DNA of 64,000 bases from Macrostomum hystrix (taxonomy: Eukaryota; Animalia; Platyhelminthes): contig CATNEN010000027.1 in the NCBI GenBank assembly GCA_950097015.1, forward strand, positions 682,001 to 746,000, given 5' to 3'. The notes below the pieces were generated by a model that made no database searches, had not been told where the DNA came from, and saw only the letters and a program-made list of their open reading frames with translations. Positions 24,601 to 37,409 of the stretch are shown in pieces. The position numbers and the translations under genes were made by a program. Numbering within the stretch: the first letter of the stretch is position 1; each line of letters opens with the position of its first letter.

Positions 24601-26535
24601 ATGACAGACTTGATGATGACAAGCTGGAGATGACAGACTTGATGATGACAGGCTCGGAGATGACAGGCTTGATGATGACAGGCTGGATGGGATATGACAG
24701 GCTGGGAGATGACAGACTTGATGATGACAGGCTCGGAGATGACAGGCAAGAGATGACAGACTTGATGATGACAGGCTCGGAGATGACAGGCTTGATGATG
24801 ACAGGCTGGGAGATGACAGGCTGGGAGATGACAGGCTGGATGGGAATATGACAGCTCCTCCTGTCACCTCCCAGCCAGTCACCTCCCAGCCAGTCACCTC
24901 CCAGCCAGTCACCTCCCACCCTGTCACCTCCCAGCCTGTCTCTATGTAGCTTGTGCACAGTAAAGTGCATCTCAGCTGTGTTCAGCACTGGCCTCGCACT
25001 GCAGTTTTATAGGCGCCATATACTGCACAGAAACCTCAAAATAATGCCGCCCCTTTGAATGCGGAATTATTTTGTGGTGATCGCCAAACGCGGTACTAAA
25101 ATCTGAAAACAATTTTCGCCCGGTTCACTTTTCATCTCTACTGTTCACTGTGTCGGCAAACATCAAAGCGCTGGTCATATTGTTGCCGCAATTGCCTCCC
25201 GCCTGCTGACTGGAGTGCAGCCAATTGGGCCCAATTAATCACGACATCGCTTGCAACAGGCTGACACTGCTGCAAACTCTTTCGGGATTGGCATGCCAGC
25301 TGGCTAATGGAGGCCGACTGCTGTGACTCCTGCAGCAACACACAGGCATTCATTATTTCAGCCTTAAGTCTCACCGCTAGCGATGCCTTCATGTCTTCCG
25401 CATCCATCTCCGCTGCTTCGATTCGTCCAATGGTCTGCTCCAGGACTGCTTCCGGTCTGCGGATGTTTGCAATGATTCTCCCAGCCTGTCATCTCCCAGC
25501 CTGTCATCTCCCATCCAGCCTGTCATCTCCCATCCAGCCTGTCATCACCCATCCAGCCTGTCATCTCCCATCCAGCCTGTTATCTCCCATCCAGCCTGTC
25601 ATCTCCCATCCAGCCTGTCATCTCTCATCTAGCCTGTCATGTCCCAACCTGTCATCTCCTATCCAGCCTGTCATCTCCCATCCAGCCTGTCATCACCCAT
25701 CCAGCCTGTCATCTCCCATCCAGCCTGTTATCTCCCATCCAGCCTGTTATCTCCCAACCTGTCATCTCCCAGCCTGTCATCTCCCAGCCTGTTATCTCCC
25801 AGCCTGTCATCTCGCATCCAGCCTGTCATCTCCCAGCCTGTCATCTCCCAGCCTGTCATCTCCCAGCCTGTCATCTCCCAGCCTGTCATCTCCCATCCAG
25901 CCTGTCATCTCCCATCCAGCCTGTCATCTCCCATCCAGCCTGTCATCTCCCATCCAGCCTGTCATCTCCCATCCAGCCTGTCATCTCCCATCCAGCCTGT
26001 CATCTCCCATCCAGCCTGTCATCTCCCATCCAGCCTGTCATCTCCCATCCAGCCTGTCATCTCCCATCCAGCCTGTCATCTCCCATCCAGCCTGTCATCT
26101 CCCATCCAGCCTGTCATCTCCCATCCAGCCTGTCATCTCCCATCCAGCCTGTCATCTCCCATCCAGCCTGTCATCTCCCATCCAGCCTGTCATCTCCCAT
26201 CCAGCCTGTCATCTCCCATCCAGCCTGTTATCTCCCAACCTGTTATCTCCCAGCCTGTCATCTCGCATCCAGCCTGTCATCTCCCATCCAGTCTGTCATC
26301 TTCCAGCAGCTCACCTATCCCTTCGTACACGAGACAGTCTCGACGGCGATGCCTGGAGTGACGCAGAGCCATCGTGTCTTGCCTTCGCCTGAGGCCTTGG
26401 CCCCTTCGTCGGAGACTCCTTGCGTTTCTGTTGAAGGCGGCAGTGATGAAGCGTTGCTAGTAAATTATTAGATTTTTTAAATCTTCAAACACAAGCGGCA
26501 TTTCTTTGATGTCTCTCACCTGCAGCGCATTCATC
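21677..26535 (-). CDS. Uncharacterised coiled-coil protein; probable exons 26535-26520, 26456-26315, 25456-about 25140, about 25000-24930, 23308-23126, 23058-22693, 21715-21677 (middle junctions unresolved)
   Basis: Helical segments between splice signals: RPEAVLEQTIGRIEAAEMDAEDMKASL, ASQSQAEQLASRIESLEQ..LELDTRQLRRDLMRA, GLTEESRYLRLRLAETDQRNRHL, terminal AKNVESTFRQLD*. Confidence 0.5.
22115..22670. repeat. 15-bp minisatellite CCTGTCATCTCCCAG (family copy 1)
   Basis: About 37 near-perfect units. Confidence 0.95.
24125..24940. repeat. Same family (15/19-bp units); inverted in 24125-24855, forward in about 24860-24940
   Basis: + strand reads GATGACAGGCTGGATGGGA, the reverse complement of the other arrays. 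Confidence 0.92.
25475..26300. repeat. Same family, 19-bp CCTGTCATCTCCCATCCAG units (copy 3)
   Basis: Tandem units visible. Confidence 0.95.
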
Positions 26536-27179
26536 CTGTGTTAGATTAATTTGAACTCATTTTCAGTTTTTTTTTTACTTTAATCTGCTTGACACTGAAA
26601 GATTGCAATTTAGTGCAGATGTCTTATCCTTCGTCCTACTAATCCAACATATCCCAATTCAGCAATGCTTCCCTCTCATTGGTCCAGGAATGACTGAGAA
26701 CACCCACACCAGCTTCCTCTCGCTTCCATTCCCAACTCATTAGTATTTCACCAGTTGCTAGCAAAAGCAAAATTCCCCAGTCATCTCCCAGCGGGAGAAT
26801 GGGAGATGGGATTGGATAACTTGAGATTCCACTAATTACTCGTAAATCAGAATTTATTTAACATTCTTCATTTTCTATTAATTTACACTGAACAATTTAG
26901 TTTTAGTCAAGATAATTTTAACCGAATACTACTGAACGTTGTGCGCGTCAGTAGTTATTTAAGAAAGTGCTTCGCTTTCTACAAATAAAAAAATGAATAA
27001 TACATAAGGGGCAACAAACAAGGCAAGTGCTTCAGTTCATCCAGTAGCTGCAAAGAGAATACATCAGCTTGTCCGTGGACTGAACAGCTGTACAGAGCCC
27101 TTCAAAAGCACCACGCAACAGCTGCGGCTGTGGCACTGGCTTTAGGCCTATGGACCGAAAACTGAGAATCCAATATCTA

Positions 27180-27850
27180 ATTCTCCCAGCCTGTCACCTC
27201 CCTGTCATCTCCCAGCCTGTCATCTCCTTGCCTGTCATCTCCCAGCCTGTCATCTCCTTGCCTGTCATCTCCCAGCCTGTCATCTCCTTGCCTGTCATCT
27301 CCCAGCCTGTCATCTCCTTGCCTGTCATCTCCCAGCCTGTCATCTCCCAGCCTGTCATCTCCCAGCCTGTCATCTCCCAGCCTGTCATCTCCCAGCCTGT
27401 CATCTCCCAGCCTGTCATCTCCCAGCCTGTCATCTCCCAGCCTGTCATCTCCCAGCCTGTCACCTCCCATCTTGTCACCTCCCATCTTGTCACCTCCCAT
27501 CTGTCACCTCCCATCTTGTCACCTCCCATCTTGTCACCTCCCATCTTGTCACCTCCCATCTTGTCACCTCCCATCTTGTCGCCTCCCATCTTGTCACCTC
27601 CCATCTTGTCACCTCCCATCTTGTCACCTACCATCTTGTCATCTCCCATCTTGTCACCTCCCATCTTGTCACCTACCATCTTGTCACCTCCCATCTTGTC
27701 ACCTCCCATCTTGTCACCTACCATCTTGTCACCTCCCATCTTGTCACCTCCCATCTTGTCACCTCCAGCCTGTCACGTCCCATCTTGTCACCTCCCATCT
27801 TGTCACCTTCAGCCTGTCACGTCCCAGCCTGACACGTCCCAGCTTGTCAC
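27180..27850. repeat. Same family, 15-bp units drifting to TTGTCACCTCCCATC (copy 4)
   Basis: Tandem units visible. Confidence 0.92.
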
Positions 27851-27917
27851 GTCCCATATGCGGTAGATATTTTCAGGACTTATAAACACTTTTGAACAAA
27901 TAATATAGTTGACTCAC

Positions 27918-28300
27918 CTCAGAAAACAACAGCGGACTTCTTCCAGATTGAACTGGCTGCATTGGAAAAATATTAGTTGTTTAAAAAGTCCTGAGTCTTT
28001 GTCTAAATCAGCGTGACGCACTGAGTTTGTGAAAGCAGAATTGGCACTGAGCCAAACCTTTATCCCTGTTCTCCTGTTCTTCAGCATAGGCTTTTGCCTC
28101 AGGATTACCTTCTCCGCTTTCAGCCCCCCCACTGTTTTCCAGAAGCCCTTCCATGTGAGACACTCGACATTTTCGATGGAGAAAAGCAGTCGAGCCGGAT
28201 TGGGGGGAAAATCATTCCTTGCGCCCACACGGAAGATAGGCCTGCCTAGGATGGGATCTGGGATTTTCTTATGTACACTGCAGCCGTCAGTCGCACGTGG
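27918..28300 (-). CDS. Coding exon of unknown family, possibly upstream part of the 21677-26535 gene
   Basis: Open frame HKKIPDPILGRPIFRVGARNDF..FKQLIFFQCSQFNLEEVRCCFL ending at an AG|GTGAGT donor; 5' boundary uncertain. Confidence 0.45.
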
Positions 28301-28384
28301 ACCGTCTCTGTTCGTTAATTATCCCTGACACTGAGCAGTTTGGCTGCCATGTTTGAGCAGTGTTCTTCTAAACATTCTGCCAGT

Positions 28385-30145
28385 TTAGAAGGTCATGACT
28401 GCCTGTTTAGTAGGTCATGACTGCCAGTTTAGTAGGTCATGACTGCCAGTTTAGTAGGTCATGACTGCCAGTTTAGAAGGTCATGACTGCCAGTTTAGTA
28501 GTTCATGACTGCCAGTTTAGTAGTTCATGACTGCCAGTTTAGTAGTTCATGACTGCCAGTTTAGTGGGTCATGACTGCCAGTTTAGTAGGTTATGACTGC
28601 CAGTTTAGTAGGTTATGACTGCCAGTTTAGTAGGTAATGACTGCCAGTTTAGAAGGTCATGACTGCCAGTTTAGTGGGTCATGACTGCCAGTTTAGTAGG
28701 TCATGACTGCCAGTTTAGTAGTTCATGACTGCCAGTTTAGTAGTTCATGACTGCCAGTTTAGTAGGTCATGACTGCCAGTTTAGTAGTTCATGACTGCCA
28801 GTTTAGTGGGTCATGACTGCCAGTTTAGTAGGTTATGACTGCCAGTTTAGTAGGTTATGACTGCCAGTTTAGTAGGTAATGACTGCCAGTTTAGAAGGTT
28901 ATGACTGCCTGTTTAGTAGGTCATGACTGCCAGTTTAGTAGGTCATGACTGCCAGTTTAGAAGGTCATGACTGCCAGTTTAGTAGTTCATGACTGCCAGT
29001 TTAGTAGTTCATGACTGCCAGTTTAGTAGTTCATGACTGCCAGTTTAGTGGGTCATGACTGCCAGTTTAGTAGGTTATGACTGCCAGTTTAGTAGGTTAT
29101 GACTGCCAGTTTAGTAGGTAATGACTGCCAGTTTAGAAGGTCATGACTGCCAGTTTAGTGGGTCATGACTGCCAGTTTAGTAGGTCATGACTGCCAGTTT
29201 AGTAGTTCATGACTGCCAGTTTAGTAGTTCATGACTGCCAGTTTAGTAGGTCATGACTGCCAGTTTAGTAGTTCATGACTGCCAGTTTAGTGGGTCATGA
29301 CTGCCAGTTTAGTAGGTTATGACTGCCAGTTTAGTAGGTTATGACTGCCAGTTTAGTAGGTAATGACTGCCAGTTTAGAAGGTCATGACTGCCAGTTTAG
29401 TAGGTCATGACTGCCAGTTTAGTAGGTCATGACTGCCAGTTTAGTAGTTCATGACTGCCAGTTTAGTAGGTTATGACTGCCAGTTTAGTGGGTCATGACT
29501 GCCAGTTTAGTAGGTCATGACTGCCAGTTTAGTAGGTCATGACTGCCAGTTTAGTAGGTCATGACTGCCAGTTTAGTAGTTCATGACTGCCAGTTTAGTA
29601 GTTCATGACTGCCAGTTTAGTAGGTCATGACTGCCAGTTTAGAAGGTCATGACTGCCAGTTTAGTAGGTCATGACTGCCAGTTTAGTAGGTCATGACTGC
29701 CAGTTTAGTAGGTTATGACTGCCAGTTTAGTAGTTCATGACTGCCAGTTTAGTAGGTCATGACTGCCAGTTTAGTAGGTCATGACTGCCAGTTTAGTAGT
29801 TCATGACTGCCAGTTTAGTAGTTCATGACTGCCAGTTTAGTAGGTCATGACTGCCAGTTTAGTAGTTCATGACTGCCAGTTTAGTAGGTTATGACTGCCA
29901 GTTTAGTAGGTCATGACTGCCAGTTTAGTAGGTCATGACTGCCAGTTTAGAAGGTCATGACTGCCAGTTTAGTAGGTCATGACTGCCAGTTTAGTAGATC
30001 ATGATTAGTAGGTCATGAAGGCCAGTTTAGTAGGTCATGAAGGCCAGTTTAGTAGGCCATGACTGCCAGTTTAGTAGATCATGATTAGTAGGTCATGAAG
30101 GCCAGTTTAGTAGGTCATGAAGGCCAGTTTAGTAGGCCATGACTG
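28385..30145. repeat. 22-bp minisatellite TCATGACTGCCAGTTTAGTAGG, about 80 units, with higher-order structure
   Basis: Period 22 (28921 to 28943); variant order repeats. Confidence 0.95.
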
Positions 30146-30796
30146 TCACTTTGCCAATTAAGACATAAAGAAAATATACGTTTTCAAGCAGCCATTTATT
30201 TAGTGCACTGCCTAGTTTTTTGGTGAGAAAAAGTAAAATAATTCAGATTCTACTACTTACAGTAGAAAGTAGAATTATGATGGAAATATTTCCCCATTTC
30301 ACTTAGGGTTAAAATAAAAATATATATATTTAACGATCTCCAGCTAATTATAAAAAGTCGAATTACTTTTAGTTATACTTTTTACAAAACAAAAAATACA
30401 AATTATTAAACCACGAGAACTAATTGGCTTAAGATATTAAGGACTGTTTTGCAAAAGTACATCTCAAAGTTCAACCGACAGGTAAGGGTATAATGGTCGA
30501 TAGGGACCCTCAGAGCCCGCTTCCCTCAATCCGTCTTATTTGTCAGTTTAGAACTGCACTCCAGCCTGTACAGCTAGACAATAATAAATTAATTCCCCCA
30601 TCCCAGAGTAAAATTTCTGCACTGAAATAAAGCAGAAGATTCTCCTGTCCTGTCCACACCCTCCGCTGTGAGTGGTAGCTGCGTCAGTGGACCCAGCCTG
30701 GCGCAGACCTGTCATTGGTCGTGTTGCTCCTCCGCCAGCCAGCCAGCCAGCCACCCAGCTGCATTTATTCACTCACTGGGTGATGAAGAGGACGCA

Positions 30797-33700
30797 ATGT
30801 CCGACTTCAACGCCGTTGCTATGGGCCTGCGCCAAGACTTTGAGCTGTTCTGCTCCGGCACGTCACTTCGCGGCGTCGCCCGCACCGTCAAGGCGCCGAC
30901 GCAGACTCTCCGTTGTCTGTGGACTGTGTACGTGGCCGCAATGGCCGCCTTTCTGGCCACCTGCGTGTGCTTCATTGTCACAGACTACCTCAGCTACAAG
31001 ACAGTCATCCAGACCACCGTGGTGCTGAATGACCCCTTCGTAAGCTGGCCTGCGGTGACCATCTGCCCGCACTATCCGTTCTCAGACAGCGGTCGACGGC
31101 TGTGGCTGGACGGCCGAGTCCTGACGCCCACCAATTTCTCGCGACTGTTGCGCGCCTCGGCGCTGAAGGCATTCAACGCCGGCGATCATCTTGGCGCCGA
31201 GGAGATCTTAGCCAGCGACTCGAAGCGGATCTACTACCAGAACCTGGAGCCAGCCGACTCGGAGAGGCTCAGCCACAGCGCCCATCGGCTGTTCATCTTC
31301 TGCATCAAAAGCACGGGCTCGTTCATGGAGATGAGCGGCGGTGAGGCCTGCGCCCTGCAGCTGAAGCTGGTCAGCCTGCCGGACTATTTCAACTGCTTCC
31401 AGGTGCAGGTGAGTCTGCAGTCAGCTAATTGTTCCTAGTTTCACTGCTGTGTGTATGCTTGTGTGTGAGTGGCTGTGTGGGAGTGGCTGTGTGTGAGTGG
31501 CTGTGTGTGAGTGGCTGTGTGAGTGACTGTGTATGTGAGTGACTGTGTGTGTGAGTGACTGTGTGTGTGAGTGACTGTATGTGTGAGTGACTGTGTATGT
31601 GAGTGACTGTGTGTGTGAGTGACTGTGTGTGAGTGACTGTGTGTGTGAGTGGCTGTGTGTGAGTGGCTGTGTGTGAGTGACTGTGTGTGTGAGTGACTGT
31701 GTGTGTGAGTGGCTGTGTGTGTGAGTGACTGTGTGTGTGAGTGACTGTGTGTGTGAGTGACTGTGTGTGTGAGTGACTGTGTGTGTGAGTGACTGTGTGT
31801 GTGAGTGGCTGTGTGTGAGTGGCTGTGTGTGTGAGTGAATGTGTATGTGAGTGACTGTGTGTGTGAGTGACTGTGTGTGTGAGTGACTGTGTGTGTGAGT
31901 GACTGTGTGTGTGAGTGACTGTGTGTGTGAGTGACTGTGTGTGTGAGTGACTGTGTGTGTGAGTGGCTGTGTGTGAGTGGCTGTGTGTGAGTGACTGTGT
32001 GTGTGGATGACTGTGTGTGAGTGGCTGTGTGTGTGAGTGACTGTGTGTGTCAGTGACTGTGTGTGTGAGTGACTGTGTGTGTGAGTGGCTGTGTGTGAGT
32101 GGCTGTGTGTGAGTGACTGTGTGTGTGAGTGACTGTGTGTGAGTGGCTGTGTGTGAGTGGCTGTGTGTGAGTGGCTGTGTGTGTGAGTGACTGTGTGTGT
32201 GAGTGACTGTGTGTGTGAGTGACTGTGTGTGTGAGTGACTGTGTGTGTGAGTGGCTGTGTGTGAGTGGCTGTGTGTGAGTGACTGTGTGTGTGAGTGACT
32301 GTGTGTGAGTGACTGTGTATGTGAGTGACTGTGTGTGTGAGTGGCTGTGTGTGAGTGACTGTGTGTGTGAGTGGCTGTGTGTGAGTGGCTGTGTGTGTGA
32401 GTGACTGTGTGTGTGAGTGACTGTGTGTGTCAGTGACTGTGTGTGTGAGTGACTGTATGTGTGAGTGACTGTGTATGTGAGTGACTGTGTGTGTGAGTGA
32501 CTGTGTGTGAGTGACTGTGTGTGTGAGTGGCTGTGTGTGAGTGGCTGTGTGTGAGTGACTGTGTGTGTGAGTGACTGTGTGTGTGAGTGGCTGTGTGTGT
32601 GAGTGACTGTGTGTGTGAGTGACTGTGTGTGTGAGTGACTGTGTGTGTGAGTGACTGTGTGTGTGAGTGACTGTGTGTGTGAGTGGCTGTGTGTGAGTGG
32701 CTGTGTGTGTGAGTGACTGTGTGTGTGAGTGGCTGTGTGTGAGTGGCTGTGTGTGTGAGTGAATGTGTATGTGAGTGACTGTGTGTGTGAGTGACTGTGT
32801 GTGTGAGTGACTGTGTGTGTGAGTGACTGTGTGTGTGAGTGACTGTGTGTGTGAGTGACTGTGTGTGTGAGTGACTGTGTGTGTGAGTGACTGTGTGTGT
32901 GAGTGGCTGTGTGTGAGTGGCTGTGTGTGAGTGACTGTGTGTGTGAGTGACTGTGTGTGAGTGGCTGTGTGTGAGTGGCTGTGTGTGAGTGGCTGTGTGT
33001 GTGAGTGACTGTGTGTGTGAGTGACTGTGTGTGTGAGTGACTGTGTGTGTGAGTGACTGTGTGTGTGAGTGGCTGTGTGTGAGTGGCTGTGTGTGAGTGA
33101 CTGTGTGTGTGAGTGACTGTGTGTGAGTGGCTGTGTGTGAGTGGCTGTGTGTGAGTGGCTGTGTGTGTGAGTGACTGTGTGTGTGAGTGACTGTGTGTGT
33201 GAGTGACTGTGTGTGTGAGTGGCTGTGTGTGAGTGGCTGTGTGTGAGTGACTGTGTGTGTGAGTGACTGTGTGTGAGTGGCTGTGTGTGAGTGGCTGTGT
33301 GTGAGTGGCTGTGTGTGAGTGACTGTGTATGTGAGTTACTGTGTGTGTGAGTGGCTGTGTGTGAGTGGCTGTGTGTGAGTGACTGTGTGTGTGAGTGGCT
33401 GTGTGTGAGTGGCTGTGTGTGCATGGCTGTGTGTATGGCAGTGTGTATCTTTATCAGGGACTACTAGAAGTAACCTAGTAGTAGTCAATAGCTTTTCTTT
33501 ACTTTAATTTAGTAGTCATTGGTCAGTGTATGTGAGTTTATGTTTGTGTGTTTGTATGTGGGTGTCTGTCTGTGCATGTGACCGGATGTCAAGTTGCTTT
33601 GATTGACGCAATTTTTCTAAACTGTGTTTTTAACGGCTTCGAAATTTTCCGCCCCCCCAAAAGTGCACCGCAATGCCGAGACTCGCGAATTGCAAAATCA

Positions 33701-34779
33701 CTCATCCATTCCTGTGATTAACTTCGCTCCTCGCAGGCGGCACCCTCCATTGACTCGCTGACACTGGTGCTACGAGTCTCCGACGGTCGTCACGGGCACG
33801 CGGCCGAGCAGCTGGAGCAGGCGTTTGTGCAGGACGCCTTCCAGCAGGCCAGCGGCTTCCGAGTGCAGCTGCAGGAGCACGACCGCTATCCCGAGCCCAC
33901 TGACCGGGGCATCCATGTGGCGCCGGGCAAGATGGTGGAGATCGCCTTTCAGCCAGTCCGCTGGATCGAGGTCGGCAGCCCGAGCGACGCCTGCCTGCCC
34001 GAAAAGACCGCGGCCAGGCGCCGCGTCTTTGACCTCGGACGCAACTTCGCCTACTCGCAGGAGGGCTGCCTGCGACAGGAGCTCGGCCGGCGTGTTCTGC
34101 AGGCCTGCGGATGCCACTACGCCGACATGCTGCGAGAGACGCCGCCGAACAAGACGCACCCCTACTGCGGGGACTATCGCCGCGGTGTCGAGTCGGTCAT
34201 GCGCAGCCGCGCCTGCCTGCTGTCAATGAATTTGGACAGTTTGAAAGCGCACATTGGCAACGCTCACTGCTTGAAGCCATGCCACTACCACGACTTCGAG
34301 ATGGTCACCTCCAAGACAATCTGGAGAGCCGCCAACTGGCAGCTGCACTGGCTGACTTTGCAGGCGCGGGCCTTCAGGGAGCTGGCCACCGCCACCGACC
34401 TGCTGGCAGAGTCTGGCAGCTCGACAGAGAAAAGACGTCAGGCGGAGACGACGCTGACTGCAGCAGAGCGATTGCTGCGCGACTACCTCATGGCGAACAA
34501 CCTGACAGTCGCTCCGGAGTCGGCGCTGATGCTGGAGCCCGGCGGCGAGGACTTCGCCTATGTCACTGTGCGCCGCCAGAGCCGAAACACCATCCAAAAG
34601 GCGGAGACTCTGTCGCTGAGCTTCAGCGCCCTGATGAGCCAAGTCGGTGGCCTGTGCAGCCTCACTTTGGGCCTTACCTGCGCATTCGTGGTTGAATTGA
34701 TTGAGTTATTTATGCTCAAACGGCATCTGACTAGAGAGGCCGCTTGTCGCAATGAGGCTGTTAACAATACGCTCTTACC

Positions 34780-34862
<83 letters not shown>

Positions 34863-34885
34863 AGCTGCAGTCTAAAATGATATGA
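30797..34885 (+). CDS. DEG/ENaC/ASIC-family channel subunit; exons 30797-31408 and 33737-34885
   Basis: FCSGTSLRG N-terminal motif, TM1 LWTVYVAAMAAFLATCVCFIV, WPAVTICP, Cys-rich thumb (YSQEGCLRQ..QACGCHY..YC..CLKPCHYHDF), TM2 LMSQVGGLCSLTLGLTCAFVVELIE; phase-0 GT-AG intron. Confidence 0.9.
31450..33430. repeat. About 2-kb GT-rich compound repeat (GTGAGTGACTGTGTGT / GTGAGTGGCTGTGT) in the DEG/ENaC intron
   Basis: Direct observation; explains the 667-aa H/T/S ORF on the - strand. Confidence 0.95.
34781..34855 (+). repeat. Coding (CAG)23-CAA-CAG tract giving 25 Gln
   Basis: In frame in the DEG/ENaC C-terminus. Confidence 0.95.
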
Positions 34886-37409
34886 CTCAATATTTTCATA
34901 ATTTAAGTAAAATATTTTCAATTTTTTTTGTTTCTAAGAAACTAACGCAGTAAAAGTGCGTACTTGATAAGTCAGCAAATCTAATTGATTTCAATCTAAA
35001 AATGTGTAGTAAAATACATTTCTAGTCCTGCATAAATGTTAGCCCGATATTTTATAAGTCCGAAAGCATTGAATTTTTGCTTGAAATGCATTGAATGGGA
35101 TATATATGAAATATATTGCAACTAACTTCATTTCACTCTCCTAAGCCTCAACCGCAGTGTCAGCATCCGGTGTGACTTCTATGCAATTTGGCAGTGGGTG
35201 CAAACTGACAGCAACATACCTCCGGATACCTTTGTCATTATTCAGAATACACAATAAACTGTGGTGAGAACTGATTGTCCTCTAACACAACCAAAAATTC
35301 TTACACAGCCATCCATAAGTCTGCACATTTTCTTTGCTGACATGTTTAGAATGGTTTCTCTAGCTAGCTAGCTGTGTTGAAACAGGCTTTTATCTTTTCC
35401 GCTCTCTGCGTCCATTGTTTTTGCCTTGCCTATAGGCTTCCACGAACACATTGTGTCGCACATTGCCGCATCACAGTTGAAATGACCTTTTTGTGAGGCA
35501 CGAAAATGCAACGAGAAGCGATTGCTAGGGCAGACATTAGTAAATGGTGCACAGATGCTGCTGTGACTGCAACGCGTACTTTGATTATACTCTCTCAGGT
35601 GCAGACTTAGTTTCTTAATTAGTCCGGTAACATTTTTACAACACGGCATTTTACAGAGTGTAGAACGCCGTAAATATTATACATATTAATACATATATAC
35701 ATGGACACACAATACGAGCCTAGTACAATCCCATTCCAGCAATAATAGTAGTCCTAAAATAGATCAGTTAGCGAAAGTTAGCCGATATCACGTCGTTGTA
35801 TGACGCGTGACGAAATGACAACCCTTGTAGGGCAAGTGAACGACAAAATGACAAATCTTGCGTGATCACGTGACTCCTAAAGACAAAACCCGCAGTTATG
35901 ACACATTACTCGTTACGAACTCCATTAGTAATCTTACTATTTCACAGTTTCTTTCTAATGCATTTATAGAAACATTTGTCGGCATGTAACTAATTGCACA
36001 TGGATGAATGTGATTTCTTGGTTCACTCTTTTAAAATGTCAAAAAGATTTCACTTTATAGAAATTAGTAAAACTATTATATAGATACAAATTAAGAACAA
36101 ATTAAGAAATAACTTTCTTGTTAACGGTCTGTAGAACTTTTTTTAAAAATTGATTCTGCAATTTAATTTGTTTATACACTGACTGCACAACGTGTTAAAA
36201 GTTGTGCTGTTGTAACAAATAACTTGACATGAATTACGGCGTGTAGGGCAAATGAGTTGTGTTTATTAATTGGAAACGATAACAATAACCTTCCGCATGT
36301 TGTACATATTAGGAAACACAACCGTGCACTCATTCGGATAAAAGTAGTTTTATATAGCTCATATTTATAGTGTTTATATCAAACTATATTTAAATAGCGT
36401 GTGTATTTAAGAGTCGTAGATAGATTGCTTAATTCCGTATTTTTGAGTTTCTATTTGTTTAACTACCTTTGCTCTTTGAGTTATCGCAATCGCGGAATTT
36501 TAACATAGGTAGAAGTTTTTGTTTTTGTTTTCATGCATGCAAATTTCATGTTCGTAATAAGCGTTCGTCCGAAGTCTAACTTTGTCTGCAGGTGCATTAT
36601 TTTTGTTCTTTTTATGGTGGTTCATTCTAATTTTGTTTGTTAGACAGACTGTCGACAGTAAATAATTAATTACTGCTATTTATATTTTAGCACAATATGA
36701 ACTTACTTATAATTCTAAGTGCCTATTGATACATTTTCAAAAGTTTTATATTTTAATTGTAGATCTGTCGTTAGATTTTTGTTTATTATTAGCTTTCAGC
36801 TTTCTAGAGCAAATAATATAAGTGCATAGCTACAGAGCGATTTACTCACGCGCACTTTGATCGTCTTAAACTTTTAATTTTATGTCTACATCTTAATTCG
36901 CTGAATTCAACGGAGTTATAACATGTAATCGATATATCAAAACCTAAAATTAATCGAAAATATATTTCAATAGATAAGTAAAAGTTATATATAAATTTAA
37001 ATTAGGAGTTCTTGATCTTTGTCTGTCTTTTTGTCTATTTTGTCTATTTTAATTTTTGTCCATTGATTCTATATGAGAATGAGATATAATATTGTAATAT
37101 AAAAAAGTTAATATCTGTCATAATATTATTATCAATTGTAATTATATATCTCACAAAAATCATAGTAGTATATAGTTAGGTAGGCACATAGCGCAGGTTT
37201 AAAATGTGCCATAAAGGTTCGATTTTTTTCTGGTGCTTTTTGAACTGACTACACTTATTGTACACTTAATAAATTATATTATAGGCTTTTCAGATTTTTT
37301 CTACCATTTACTGCCCCTGACCTTCTAATTGTTTCAGCGATTCGTTTCCATCAGATTCAAACTTAAAATTTTCCAAAAGTTGCAATTATCAAGTGTCATT
37401 TGAGTTACC

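Noticed and set aside
35700-37300. DNA transposon or Helitron in the AT-rich stretch
   Set aside because: No terminal inverted repeats, TSD or transposase fragment found by eye.
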